Positions 12,530 through 26,067 are shown, numbered from the stretch's first letter. The stretch is 64,000 bases of DNA from Macrostomum lignano (GCA_002269645.1 NIVC01001444.1:62001-126000); one strand, 5' to 3'. Numbers and translations are program-made. The notes: a model not told the origin generated them from the sequence alone.

Positions 12530-13257
12530 GCAGCAACCATTGCACACAGCGTCAGATAGAAGAGCGGCAACCATTGCACACAGCATCAGATAGAAGAGCG
12601 GCAACCATTGCACACAGCGTCAGATAGAAGAGCGGCAACCATTGCACACAGCGTCAGATAGAGCGGCAACCATTGCACACAGCGTCAGATAGAAGAGCGG
12701 CAACCATTGCACACAGCATCAGATAGAAGAGCGGCAACCATTGCACACAGCATCAGATAGAAGAGCGGCAACCATTGCACACAGCGTCAGATAGAGCGGC
12801 AACCATTGCACACAGCATCAGATAGAAGAGCGGCAACCATTGCACACAGCGTCAGATAGAGCGGCAACCATTGCACACAGCATCAGATAGAAGAGCGGCA
12901 ACCATTGCACACAGCATCAGATAGAAGAGCGGCAACCATTGCACACAGCGTCAGATAGAAGAGCGGCAACCATTGCACACAGCGTCAGATAGAGCGGCAA
13001 CCATTGCACACAGCGTCAGATAGAAGAGCGGCAACCATTGCACACAGCATCAGATAGAGCGACAACCAATGCACACAGCATCAGATAGAGCGGCAACCAT
13101 TGCACACAGCATCAGATAGAGCGACAACCAATGCACACAGCATCAGATAGAGCGGCAACCATTGCACACAGCATCAGATAGAGCGACAACCAATGCACAC
13201 AGCATCAGATAGAGCGGCAACCATTGCACACAGCATCAGATAGAGCGGCAACCATTG
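12530..13257. repeat. Minisatellite, 34/31-bp unit (agcggcaaccattgcacacagcgtcagatagaag), about 22 copies
   Basis: Direct periodicity with a 3-bp length variant. Confidence 0.95.
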
Positions 13258-13714
13258 CTAAAATCTCCAGAAAAAATATGCTTTAAGGCAAGTGACAAAA
13301 AAGGTAAAATAACACGCTTCTTGAGAACAAAGGAATTTTCTCAACTGGATTTATCATTCATGCTCACAACCGGGAATTCAGCATCCTCCAGAGTTTTTTT
13401 ATCCTGCTTTATCTCCATCCATTCCAATTCTCCCATTCTATAGCCCTTAAAGCGAGCGCTTCCTTGGCAAAAAATGTTGAGCAAAAAAAATAACAGCGAA
13501 CTGATGCATGACGTGCCGTGCATGGTAAGAAACTGTTTTGCCCGAAACATGCATTCTGATTCTGCAGCTGTCTTGAGCAGCACGCAATATGCTTTGTAGT
13601 CAGGCCTGAGTCAAATTAAACTAACTCTGATAAGCTAGGAGTGAGGCGGCCTGCATTGATAATTATAATAATTGCAGTAAGCACCCTGCCCATTCCTGAG
13701 CACATGCGAGCGCG

Positions 13715-13825
13715 CCAATACTGTACGCAGGCACGCACTCATACACCAAGGACTACTAGACTATAAAGAAGTGTTCCTAGTGGTCCTTGTCAAACACACT
13801 CACGCTGAGTGTACAGCGGTCCTGA
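13715..13825 (-). mobile_element. Fragment of SINE central region, interrupted by a 43-bp TIR element
   Basis: gtacgcaggcac...gagtgtacagcgg matches SINE copy 1 at about 7424-7461. Confidence 0.55.
13747..13789. mobile_element. 43-bp miniature TIR element with P-superfamily-like ends
   Basis: CAAGGACTACTAG...CTAGTGGTCCTTG (12/13 inverted match); flanks tcatacac / tcaaacac (7/8 duplication); first 11 bp identical to the end of the 24046 element. Confidence 0.7.
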
Positions 13826-14139
13826 CTTTCTAATAGTCAAGCAAATGCAGCCTCTGTGACTTGGGGGCTTAGCCCTCATGTGAGTGTGATTCGCACGACA
13901 ACCACCCGTCAATTTTCAAGCTCAAAAAGCCGCAAATCGATGCGACTAGTATCGGTTCGCAGAACCTACCGAACGCTATGGAGATTGGAGGCAGAAATTG
14001 GCGATGGGCAGGTGGAGGTGACGCGGTGCATGGAGTTGGGGTGGATCGGCGGGAAGGTTAGCAGAACAGTTGCCCAACAATGCGGCGATAGGAGAGCGAG
14101 CGTACAGGGTGAGGGGGTAGGGGTGCAAGCCAAAGGGTG

Positions 14140-14515
14140 GGGTTGGTTGGCCCAGCGCACAATGAACAGGATGAGGGGGTAGGGGTGCAAGGCAGAGCGT
14201 GGGGTTGGTTGGCCCAGCGCACAATGAACAGGGTGAGGTGGTAGGGGTGCTAGTCAAAGCGTGGGGTTGGTTGGCCCAGCGCACAATGAACAGGGTGAGG
14301 GGTAAGGGTGCAAGGCAAAGCGTAAGGTTGGTTGGCCCAGCGCACAATGAACAGGGTGAGGTGGTAGGGGTGGAAGGCAGAGCGTGAGGTTGGTTGGCCC
14401 AGCGCACAATGAACAGGGTGAGGGGGTATGGGTGCAAGGCAGAGCGTGAGGTTGGTTGGCCCAGCGCACAATGAACAGGGTAAGGGGGTAGGGGTGGAAG
14501 GCAGAGTGTGGGGTT
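14140..14515. repeat. G-rich minisatellite, about 60-bp unit (ggttggttggcccagcgcacaatgaacagggtgagggg...), about 6 copies
   Basis: Recurrent ggttggttggcccagcgcacaatgaacagg core. Confidence 0.9.
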
Positions 14516-17500
14516 GGTCAGGTGGTAGGTAAGCAGCACCCTGCGGAATATTATTGATACAAGATGTTTGAGAAAGTTTGGGGGATTTTAGGGGCTGTAC
14601 AAGCTCACGTATATGTATATCATTCCTGGATCGTCGGCTCTTTTCAAGCACAACAATCAAAACGCTCTTAGAAAATGGAAAAATCAATTGTTTTTAAATT
14701 AATAAGCCAAGTTGCGGCGCGAGAGTCAGACGCAGCCGCTCTTACCCCCTGGCAGCTTGCATTGGAATTGGAACCCAGACCAATCTGAACTGATGGATAG
14801 CTAGGCGTGAGGCAGACCAATTTGATTCGGAGATATGAGAGAGTAGAAAATATTCAAAATTTTAAGAGCGCATTGTCTGCTGCACCTCTCCCTTTACAGC
14901 CCTCGCTTTCCCCAGCAACATGGATCCCATTTGGCCCATCGCATTCCACTGTTATCCAGATGCAGTCTCCCCGCCTTCATCGTGGTCAGGAATTCTACCC
15001 ATTGTGCTAGAATTGCCGCCTACACCCCCTTAGAACTAGGAGCTGGCAAAGCTGCAATAGAAAGCCGCACATCCTTCATCGGATCGGAGCGAATCGTTCG
15101 ATTATAAAAGTACATGTTTGTGGACTCTTTAGTGCGCAGCCCGCCTCTGGGCTAGGTACGGTAGATAGGGATTATTAGAGAGAACGAGTACGAGCTACAT
15201 GTGAGAGAGAAGGAGGGCTCCCGGTTAGTGTTGCTGATGGAGCTAACATGAATATATCAGTTTGGCAGCGGCAGCAGCCCTGTTTAGCGCTGCAATCTTC
15301 ATAATCTGTCTACCACCCGCTGTGTGCGATCTATCTGCTGACGCTGACACCTCCTGGGCAGCATAGCCCGAATGGAATGCGGCTGGTTTTAACTCGTAAT
15401 TAGCTAAATTTGCCGGGCATTGGCCTGCGTTCCGCGAACCCAACAAACATCAACACGGAGTGATCGTAGGGGTGCAGGCCTGTCATGGGTGTTTTTATTG
15501 TTCCGCGAATCCACAGAACTGCTCTCGGCCATAGACAATAAAGCCGATCAAGCGGCTTGATTCCTGCTAGATTTTGCGAGCAAGACTGCTTAAAAAACGG
15601 CCCATTCTCTGCCCGATATCGGGCTGGGCCATAGACGAAGCCGAAACGATTGTATTTAAAACATTAAAAGTGCAACATTACAAAGAGGACAACAGTAACG
15701 ATTTAATATAGTCTTGTGGTGCAACCCACGCCGTCTTTACAGTACATAGGGTAGTTCAATGCCCAAATGGCGTTCGGAGGTACTCACTTATAGGAAAAAT
15801 AGAACACGGGATCAATTTTTCTCTATAGCACTGCAGTCGGCAGAACTCCATTAAAGTCCCTTTGTTCGCAGTCAACAGCAGATACTTTTAGGTCGCCACG
15901 CTCAACGCTAAAACCAGGCGATTGAAGTGGGACGTCGCTCACGACTCGTTTAACGATTGGACCAGGCGGTGAAGAATTCATTGTCAGAGCATCCGACAGT
16001 TGACGCTTCTTCCCTGGCGAGATCCGCTTTGTGTACCTCTGAACCTCTGGAGTAGTCTATCATGTTCTCAGAACGCTCGGGTCAGGAGTTAATTAATTAA
16101 ATTTTAATAAAAAGTTAGACTAATCATTACTTTGTCAGTCGCTCTTTTAGGCTCAAAAATAAAATGAAATACAGTTTGCATTTTGTGCCATAGACAAATT
16201 CATTTTCTTGCGGGCCGAGAATCAGGACTTGCACTGAACTTAGACTGAAGCGAATGCAGTTTGACTCGCGGGCCGAAGAATGTCGTTTCTCGGCCCGCTC
16301 TTGAAATCAAGAAGGAATACAAATCCAGCAGGTTGTCTAGGGCAAAAGTCGGAAAAAGTTCTCCTTTCTGCCCTAGAAGGCCTGAAGGATTTATATATTC
16401 CGGCCGCAGAGCTTCATTGTACCATGAATTTTTGCCCAGCGGGCACTTAATCAATCCCTTTAGTACCATAGACTAAATTTAAGCCCGCATGAATCGAACA
16501 GAAGTCTAAGTGGAAAATTTAATTTAATTCCCGCAAATTTGCAAGTTTTGTTTTCATCAAATGAAAGTGTCTATGGATGAGGGAATAGAAAGGATTGCTC
16601 ATCTGAAATCGAGTCTATGGCCAAAACCTCCTAAAAATTGGGATATTCCCCCCTCCCATGAATTTTATTGGCTGCTGGAATTTAAGAACCATCTCCCCTG
16701 AGTTCTTACTGGCTGAAGCTTGTACGCGGGGGAAATTCCAAAGTCACGATTAACGTTAGAAATCTATAATTGCTTTCTTCCTCTGGGCCACGACGGCTTA
16801 AGGGAAAGAAATTAGCATTTAGAACAAGAGAAAATTTTATCTATGTTAATACAAGAGCCTAGTATGCGCGTTAATCGTTTTGATTTTGTTTTTTACATAC
16901 ATACCCATGCTCTAAGGGCGTGTGGATTTTTAATTGAATAGTCCAGCTATATAGGTGAATATATTATTTTGCAAAGAAAACTTTGCAAAACTGTACTCTG
17001 GAATTTAATTATCCCCTGTTGAACTTGGTGACTGGTATCTCTAAGTAAACATCTAGCATTGTGATGCAGGTTAGCAAGGCGACTTTAATCTTTTGTTGCG
17101 TGTGTTGCAGCCCGTCACTGTCCGATTAGCAATTACTATTTTATTGAATTTCCCTCTCCGCCGGCCTGTCTGAGCACTGCTCGCCCGCGGCCAGCTCGGG
17201 CTAAACTCTTTCATCCGATGGAAGCACTCCAATCGGAAATTAGCTATATATATATACATGCAGCTATAGTAACTAAGCGCATTTCGCCGCCAGTTACGGG
17301 AATCGAGTTGAAAGAATGGCTGCTGGTCTTACTTGGTCCCGGATCTGTGAAATTTGCTTTGCAACCAGTCTAGCCCGAGGCAAGACAAGCGGGCTGTAAT
17401 TTAAAATAAAGACAGAAATGTAGATATATATATAAGTATAGCGAAGCTTATTTGAATTTGCACTTATACTATTTGAATTTATTTGACGCCCATGGCACGT

Positions 17501-18979
17501 TGTCTCCGTCTACTACAGCTCACGTTTGAGTCTATGATGGATTCTCTCTCTCTCTCTCTCTCTAGCATGTGGATAATTGGCTTCTGAATTGTGGAATTCC
17601 GGCTCAATCCGCGATGGATACCTTCTACACAGTTTAAAATGAATATTGCATTAGAAATTGAGGGTTGAATTCAACCAGAGACAAGTAGGTCTTTCGTTCC
17701 AGGTGCCTCCACAAGTTTTTGGCAAACATCCTGTTCCTGTATTAGCTTAGAATTATATGAACAAGTTTTTTCCCATCTCGAATCTACTGTTCTATTGCGG
17801 CACTAAATTTACTAAGCTTATACCTTCTTTAATCAGATCGAAGTGGAAGTTTGCCTGCCCCAATTTTCTCTCTTAATGCTACTTTCAATGAGATGATGAC
17901 ACACTCATTGCGTCAGTTCCAAACATGCTGTATTCTCTATTCTCAAGTTGGGCCAAGTGTCAGTTTTTTGGCCAAATGTTTTGTTTCAGGGACTCCTGCC
18001 GGCACTTTGTATTGCAAGGAATATTGTTAGCGAGCTCAGGAGCTATTAAATACAGAATAGTCAGCTCCCTACTGAACTTTCTGTGGGTTGAATTCGAATT
18101 TCTAGCCAACTTATGATGCATACTACTCTTGGTACTATACCAGACTAACACACGATCAATGTGTGACATCATTTATTGATCAAAACACGCTGAGTTGAAG
18201 TGAATGAGCAGTAATACGTGAACCACTGTGATCTGTGATAGAAGGTTGCTTTCACAAACGCGAAACTTTATAACCTCTACAAAGACTGACTTTTTTGCGG
18301 TCGTGAAGTTTCGCGTCCATGAAATGTAGCGCTTATGAAATTGGGTGATTTAGCGGTTGTGAAGTTTTGCGTTTGTGAAAGCCAAACCCACCAGTGATAG
18401 GAATACTTGTACATCTACTGTACACATTACCAAACTATTCAACGGTAAACTGTAGCCTCAATGTGATGCTTACACTCTAAATTTAGAATACCTTTGTCTA
18501 GTATCGAATCCTAAGCTCCTTTCGCCTTTTATTGATAGGAGCTTAGGACAGAGGATTTAACTAATCTACTCTCATTCACTCGGGGTGTCACTTTACAAGA
18601 CCTTTGCCAAAGCAGCCACGCCCAACAATGGGAAGATGTATAGCAAAGTAAGGCTACTGATGTTTTTTCTCTCCTGTTTACGAGTATTCAATCTGGACAC
18701 AACCTACAAACTGAATAACTCCTCATTGGCCTATGGACTGCTAGCATTGTGCAAGTTATATATGTGTAAGCTGCAGAGGAGCAGGCAACCATAGTGCGAG
18801 CCCACAGAGTACGATTTCGTCGAAATTCCCATAGAATAATCAAATCAAACTGTGGCTACGATCATGAAGACCCCGACAGTCTGGAGTCTGTCATGTCCAC
18901 GTACGTGCTTTTTTATCTGATTAATTATTGCCTTGGGCTCAGGTTCTTGTCGGGTTAAGATAGATAGATAGATTTATAT

Positions 18980-19693
18980 CAGGGGTCGACAGTATCTGGC
19001 TTTGACAATATCTTTCTTCTCTCTTCTTACCTCTCTCCTCTCCTATAATCTCCTCTCCTCTCCTCTCCTCCCCTCTCCTCTCCTCTCCTATCATCTCCTC
19101 TCCTCTCCTCTCCTCTCCTCTCCTCTCCTCTCCTATCCTCTCCTCTCCTACTCTATCCTCTCCTCTCCTATCCTCACCTCTTCTCTCCTCTCCTATCCTC
19201 TCCACTCCTATCCTCTCCTCTCCTCTCCTCTCCTCTCCTCTCCTCTCCTCTCCTCTCCTCTCCTCTCCTCTCCTCTCCTCTTCTCTCCTATCCTATCCTA
19301 TCCTATCCTATCCTATCCTCTCCTCTCCTCTCCTCTCCTCTCCTATCCTCTCCTCTCCTCTCCTATCCTATCCTATCCTCTCCTCTCCTATCCTATCCTA
19401 TCCTATCCTATCCTCTCCTATCCTATCCTATCCTATCCTATCCTATCCTATCCTCTCCTATCCTATCCTATCCTATCCTATCCTATCCTATCCTATCCTC
19501 TCCTATCCTATCCTATCCTATCCTCTCCTCTCCTCTCCTCTCCTCCCCTCTCTTCTCCTTTTTTCCCACGTCTCTCTTTTATTCTATCTCTCTTCCCTCT
19601 TCTCTATTCTCCTCTCTCGCCACCTCTGTCTCGCAGTCATGCGCTACGTTTTCTATCTGGCCCTTGAAGTAAAAAAAGGATTGCCGACCCCTG
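18980..19693. mobile_element. Possible hAT-like non-autonomous TIR element enclosing a pentamer microsatellite
   Basis: CAGGGGTCGACAG at 18980 versus TTGCCGACCCCTG ending 19693 (11/13 inverted match); no convincing TSD. Confidence 0.45.
19015..19555. repeat. (CTCTC)n/(CTATC)n pentanucleotide microsatellite
   Basis: Direct. Confidence 0.97.
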
Positions 19694-20769
19694 ATCTACG
19701 AGCTATATATCACCAATAGGTAGAAACATGTTAGTTTTGTTTTTTTTACTCGTAAATTGATGCCAAAGATACACTACCAGTGCAACATTTGGTCTGGGGC
19801 TTCAGTGCGCGACCATAGACTATACAATTTCAATAAGTTGCCCCGAAAAATATTTTGTCTATGGTAACTGACGGAGTTTTTGCTACTTGCTACTGGTTTG
19901 TGCAGGTCTTAAAATGTGTCTGTGACCATCAACGGCCAGACTCCTAGTGTTTGTGCTCTCAGACATGATTATCCAGTGTCTGGAGCAGAGCCAGGCGAAC
20001 TCTGTGCCGTGGGTGCATTTCACTCAGAGAAATTTTCGAACTAATTGTAGCCTGAGGAAACGCTGGTGGGTGCGTCATTTCATTCTGACCACACAGCCGC
20101 AAAAGTTGTTTTTTTCCTCCAGTCACGCAGAAAGCTGCTCACTGGCTGCTCCGTTCAGGTGCAGTTGGATGGCGGTAAACAACTATAATTAATGCTTGGT
20201 ACTTTTATTAGCCCCAAAGACCACGAGAAGCACGGGAAGGAACAAAACAAGCTTCGATCGGAAGTGGGGTGCAGCCAACAGTGAAATACTAGTGCAGAAT
20301 AAGCGCCCACGCACTCTTACACGCAAGTCCGGGATTTTGGCGCACTTTTCTACTGAGTTTCCTTGTCTCGGGAGTCCTGATTTCTTTGAACTTGGCTCCG
20401 ACTTGGAACTGGAGAGAGACTTGCCACTTGAATGATGCATAGAAGTCAAGCCGAGAAAACTTCACAGGGGGCCAACGCTAAATGCTTCTTTCACTCAGTC
20501 GCTTTCTCTAGCGCGCATAATTGCATCAGGCTCTGGTTGGGCCGCACTGCCATGCGTCATAATCGGATTAAGCAATGAGGCAATCCATTTCCCCTAGATG
20601 CGCAATCGTTCCCCTTTTTGGTGGATGCGCGCGGGCCCGGCGCATTCTTAAAAGAGTTTTGTTGGAGCTCTCAGTTGAAGCATCCCCCGGAACTGGGCGG
20701 ATAAGTTCGGCCGGTTAGGAATCTCACGGGGGAACAATGATGAAGGAAGGAGATTGAAGGTTAAAGAAT

Positions 20770-21155
20770 CAGGGGGAGAGGTAGACTAGGTAAAGAGAGA
20801 GGGATGGACAGAGACACAGAGAGGGAAAGACACAGTGAGTAGGGCACGGTGAGAAGGGGAGAGGAGAGAGAGGGAAAGACAGAGAGGGGGAGAGGAGAGG
20901 GAGAGACAAAGAGGGGGAGAGGAAAGGGAGAGTGAGAGAGGGAGAGGAGACAGAGAGGGGGAGAGAGGGAGAGGGAGAGACTGAGAGGGGGAGAGAAGGA
21001 GAGGGAGAGACTGAGAAGGGGGAGAGAAGGAGAGGGAGAGACTGAGAAGGGGGAGAGGGAGAGGGAGTGGAGGGAAAAAAAGGTGAGAGGAGAGGGAGAG
21101 ACAGAGAGGGTGAGAGGAGAGGGAGAAGGAGAGACAGAGAGGGGAGACACAGACA
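20770..21155. repeat. GA-rich low-complexity polypurine tract
   Basis: Direct. Confidence 0.9.
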
Positions 21156-21894
21156 GTAAGAAACTAAACCAATTGTTTAAATTAACATATTTTAGTTGTT
21201 ACTTGTTTTTTTCCAGCCAATGAGTAGTATACTTCGAATCTTTGCAACTGATTCTTTAAAAAATCCGGTTCTTTCTAGAAAAAATTACGGTCCAGCAGCA
21301 TCCCATACATACATGGTGGGTGACGGGGGAGGCCTCGGTTGCCTGCACGCAAAAAATGAGCCGCACAAAATACTCGCAATGCAAGCACACTCGTACGTTA
21401 CGATTTTGTTGATTGGCTTTTTACTTTTAGATTAAAAGCCAAAGCTGCTCGATAAGAACTGATGCGGCTCTCACAGTTGGCTAGAGAAATAAAAGTTAGG
21501 GGATATATACGAGCGTAGATTGGGGGGAAAGTCCTATATAGTTATGCTCCTCTCAGATTCAAAGGCCATAGCAACTCAGTAAAATGACAGTGCGTGTTCG
21601 TTAGAGTGAAAGGCTGCCAGTGGGAGGCCCGAGAATTATTCTAAGAAATCTGGAGCCCACTGTGGGAAAGAAATCCTCAGCATTGTCAAGGTGTTCTAAA
21701 ATCGGCGTCTGGAGTGGCTAATAAGAGAAACAAAACAAGGAATTTAAAATAAAATAAAATAAACATGAAAAACATGAAAACATGATTCTCTACAGCAACA
21801 CTAGCTGAGGGGTCCGCAAGATTCTTATTTACCTCAGGTACCAGATGAAGAATCCAACTCACGGCTGCGGACCAAGATGAGAGATCAAAGGATA

Positions 21895-22190
21895 GTGGAT
21901 AGAAAAGAGAGAAGAAGAAAGAGATAGAGACGAGAGAGAAGATGAGATGTACGAGAACGAGAACATGTGAGAGAGAAGCTAAGAGGAGAAAGGAGAGATG
22001 AGATGAGAGACGGGATGAGAGAAGAGGTGACAGAGGAAATGAGAGCGGAGAGAAGAGAGAACAGAGAACAGAGGAAATGAGAATGGAGAGAAGAGAGAAG
22101 AGGTGACAGAGGAAATGAGAACGGAGAGAAGAGAGAAGAGGTGACAGAGGAAATGAGAGCGGAGAGAAGAGAGAAGAGATAACAGATGAG
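21895..22190. repeat. GA-rich low-complexity tract with about 40-bp subrepeats
   Basis: Recurrent agaagaggtgacagaggaaatgaga. Confidence 0.85.
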
Positions 22191-23121
22191 GGCTGAAAAG
22201 AGACATATGCCGGGCTGGATTGCTATTGTGAAGTTTCAAAGGACTCGAGGGCTGGATACGAGTAGAAAGGCTTCGCGGGCCGAAGTTTGCCGACCCCAGG
22301 TCTAGAGCACAAAACCTTCCACAGAGCTGCATGCAAAAACTGCAGTCAGCGGATGAAAAGAGTCCATTTCCAATCCAGATTTTGGTTCTGGGAACTGCTT
22401 GTGACCAGCGTAGCTAGCTGCAGGCGAGGAAAAGAGCGATGGGTTGCTGGGAGAAGTCTCAAAGCAAAAAGTATGCGTCGGAAGAGCTGCAGACGGTGTC
22501 CTCTCCGCCTTCCCCCAAGCTAACCAGAGCATTTGCTGTCCCACAGGCTGTGTGGTATTTCCCCTCGAGTGGCCAGTATAGCAGCTCACAGAGATCTTGT
22601 GATCCCGCCCACACGATCACTGTCCGCGCGAGATCCCCGCCAGGAAGGGGGATGAAAGCAAGCAGACGGCCAACCAGATTTTGCCCAGTCTCCGGAGCCG
22701 GCGGGAGAAAAGGCCGCTCTGCACTCGCGTATTAGCCGCCAACTTTTCTATTACTAGTTTTTGCTTGCCTCGAATATTTCCTCCCCTCGAGCCCGGCGCC
22801 GGGAAGATTCGCTTTCTTGGGCAATTTTTTTTGCTATCCGCTTCATCTGTTGTAGCCGACTTTTACTTTTTCTCTCTTTCTCCTGCCGCCGCAACGCGCC
22901 TGGGGCGATAAGTTAATCCCCACCCTTCCCCCCCGCACCCCTGCTCGCTTCCTCTTAAGCCGGTTTCTCACGCTCGCCTCTCGGCGCAGATAAGCGTCCC
23001 CATTCCCCCCCCCGCCGGGCCAAACTTGTCAATCAGTTTATCTCGCTGAAGAAGCCGCGAAAAGTGAGACAGGACGAGGAAACTGGGAGGTCAGGCTTGG
23101 AGTAGCCAAGGTGCGGTTGCC

Positions 23122-23345
23122 ATGCCAACCTGCAAGCGGCTGGTTGCTCAGTCCAGCTCTGAGCACAGCCTGTCGGCATGCAGCGGCGGCGGCGCTGGCG
23201 GCGGCGGCGGGAGTCAGACAACGCTGGAGACGCCGACAACTCCGGCTGACTCGGTGGACGGGATGTCGCTGTCGCTGTGGAATCTGTACTTGGAGTACGC
23301 GGCGGCTGGAGAGGCCCAGCACGGATCTGATCAAGCCGGGGCTCA
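23122..23345 (+). CDS. Candidate first coding exon B (MPTCKRLVAQ...DGMSLSLWNLYLEYAAAGEAQHGSDQAGA), phase-2 donor
   Basis: gccATG context; GC3-rich 3' half; CA|gtaagc donor; CpG-rich upstream region. Confidence 0.5.
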
Positions 23346-23374
23346 GTAAGCCGGCGTTGGTTGCTAAGTAGGGA

Positions 23375-24045
23375 TTGTCGACTAGTGAGGATTATCGAGT
23401 AGTGAGGATTATCGAGTAGTGGGGATTGTCGATTAATGGGGATTGTGACTAGTGGGGATTTGTGACTAGTGAGGATTATCGACTAGTGAGGATTATCGAG
23501 CATTGAGGATTATCGACTAGTGAGGATTATCGAGCATTGAGGATTATCGACTAGTGAGGATTATCGAGCATTGAGGATTACCGAGTAGTGAGGATTATCG
23601 AGTAGTGAGGATTACCGAGTAGTGAGGATTATCGAGTAGTGAGGATTACCGAGTAGTGAGGATTATCGAGTAGTGAGGATTATCGAGTAGTGAGGATTAT
23701 CGAGTAGTGATGATTATCGAGTAGTGAGGATTACCGAGTAGTGAGGATTATCGAGTAGTGAGGATTACCGAGTAGTGAGGATTATCGAGTAGTGAGGATT
23801 ACCGAGTAGTGATGATTACCGAGTAGTGATGATTACCGAGTAGTGAGGATTATCGAGTAGTGAGGATTACCGAGTAGTGAGGATTACCGAGTAGTGAGGA
23901 TTATCGAGTAGTGAGGATTACCGAGTAGTGAGGATTATCGAGTAGTGAGGATTATCGAGTAGTGAGGATTATCGAGTAGTGATGATTATCGAGTAGTGAG
24001 GATTACCGAGTAGTGAGGATTATCGAGTAGTGATGATTACTGAGT
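23375..24045. repeat. Minisatellite, 17-bp unit (gagtagtgaggattatc), about 39 copies; left part of an array split by a transposon
   Basis: gaggatt at 23641 and 23658; same unit resumes at 26068. Confidence 0.95.
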
Positions 24046-26067
24046 CAAGGACTACTTAAGTATCGTTTATAGAAGGACGCTGCACTCGCGGTTCGTGTAA
24101 TTTTTTTTGAAGGCCAATTTTCGCCGAAAAATACATTAACGAGATACAAAAAATTCACGATTTTCATCTTCAATGGCTTGCTCAGACTGACTACAACCCT
24201 GCTGAAAAGAAAAAACTGCTGAAACTTATCAAAAAGACCTAGTGTATTCGCTCCTCTATTGTATTTCGCCAAGTTAGTGTCCTTGACACGTTTACTTTTA
24301 AATACTTCGTATTTTTTCGAGGGTTTTCAATTCTGTAATGTTAAATGTTAAAGGTTGGATTAAAGTGTTAGTTTCTCTCAATAATCAGTAGTTTCTTTAG
24401 CATTCTATGATGACTGCTTTCTATGTCTTTATTTTTTTGGTAAATTTAAATTAGCTATAGACATTCTATATTAAATGTTAGTCTATACCCTGGCTATGCC
24501 TGATATATAATAATATCTAGGGCCTACTATGCTTTTTTAGCATGTTCTACAAAAATGTTGTGTAGAAAGGACCTACTGATTAGTTTATGAGTAGATCGTT
24601 ATAAAGTATTATTCTTAATTTGAAGGTAGATAGATATTAGATACTTGCATATTGTATAGAAGGTACTAATTTTACTATTCTGTCAAATATCTGTAGATTA
24701 GGCTTCTTAAACGGTTCTACTGGATACAAAAGTTCTATTTTCAGACTTGTCTTGAAACTTTATATTTTATTTAAATGATAGGCCTAACAACATATTGAAT
24801 TTATTTCTGCTGTTTGGAGAGCAGTTTTTTAACCTAGTCTAGTTTAATGGAACCAAGATATATTCAATACTCAGGCCTTGCATTGAATTTAAAATATAAA
24901 TATTTATATATAGAAAGTGATTCTAAAGGAAAATGCGTATAATAGACTTTAGAAGACAAATTTTCAACTTTAGTAATACTATTGAAGTGATTTAGTATAG
25001 AATTGATTATATTGGCCTGTTGGGATAAAAGCAATACAGTATTGTAGCAATTTTTTTACTAGATATAATGTATAGAAGCTGTATATATTTCTTTTTGTTA
25101 GCTTCAGAATTTCTGCAATGCCAATGAAATGCTGTCTTCCAAAGTGTACAAGTAACTACAAATCTGGTGAGAAGGTGACAGTGTATAGCTTTCCAAAGGA
25201 TAAAGAAGACTACAGCATGTGGATCCGAGCTTTGCCACCAAATGTTAAGGTATGGTGCTATTGCTGCTATTGCATATTCTTGTAATTTGACCCATAGTCC
25301 ATGGTTGTCCATGTTTTATACAGACCCAATTCACATTCACGTCATTGAATATGCTTATGCTTTCATAAGTTGGTTTATGCATCTGTTGCTGCTTTCATAC
25401 GTTGGTTTAAACATTTGTTGCTGCTTTCATAAGTTGGTTTCTGCATTTTACTGCTGTTGCCTACCCAATAGTTGCCACAGTTTCTATACACTATACACTA
25501 TACACAGTCTTATATTTGCAGCCTTACATACATATTTGCCTTACTGTAGCTATCAATTGAGATTAAAGTACAATGAGCTGCTGTGCAACAAGCAACCAGT
25601 TCAGTTCAACATTTTTTGTTTCCAGTCCAACAACGATACATCGATTGTTATCAGCACTGGCATTGTGCCAGTTTCTCTGCTTTTGCTCTTTGTTATTTTA
25701 TTGTTGAAAAGATCAGGGATGGCTTTTGAAAAGTACAGACTGACGGGCTTCGTTCTTTGTTAATCTCATCTCATTTTAATAGGATTACATTAGCTCAATT
25801 GTCGGAATTATCCTTTAAATATCCTAGCTTTATTGTTCTATAATAAAGAAGGGGGTAACAGTACCTTGCTGTACATTTCTCGCGAATACATGTAGTTGCA
25901 GCCGAAACTGTTCACTCATCTAAAAGAGGAATAAATTCTGAGCAACCCCGTGAAAAAACTAGACCTCTACATGCAACCATTTAAAAATAACAGCATTTTG
26001 AAAAATGGCCTTCAAAAAAATCTACACCATTCGGGAGTGCAGCGTCCTTCTACTTAAGTAGTCCTTG
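24046..26067 (+). mobile_element. P-superfamily (THAP-bearing) non-autonomous DNA transposon, 2022 bp
   Basis: Ends CAAGGACTACTTAAGTA / TACTTAAGTAGTCCTTG with imperfect inverted repeat extending about 75-80 bp; exact 8-bp TSD TACTGAGT (24038-24045, 26068-26075); CANRG termini with 7-8-bp TSD typify P elements; internal THAP fragment. Confidence 0.88.
25118..25249 (+). pseudogene. N-terminal THAP zinc-finger fragment of a transposase (MPMKCCLPKCTSNYKSGEKVTVYSFPKDKEDYSMWIRALPPNVK)
   Basis: C-x4-C, FP and W-x3-LP THAP signature; ends at AAG|gtatgg donor; no C-xx-H half or catalytic domain found downstream. Confidence 0.8.

Noticed and set aside
15830-16050. About 70-codon open frame on the minus strand
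   Set aside because: No recognisable homology, weak splice signals and no partner exons found.
17560-18230. Possible decayed LINE reverse-transcriptase traces (AGVP, LWNS)
   Set aside because: Motifs lie on opposite strands, are very short and are surrounded by stops.
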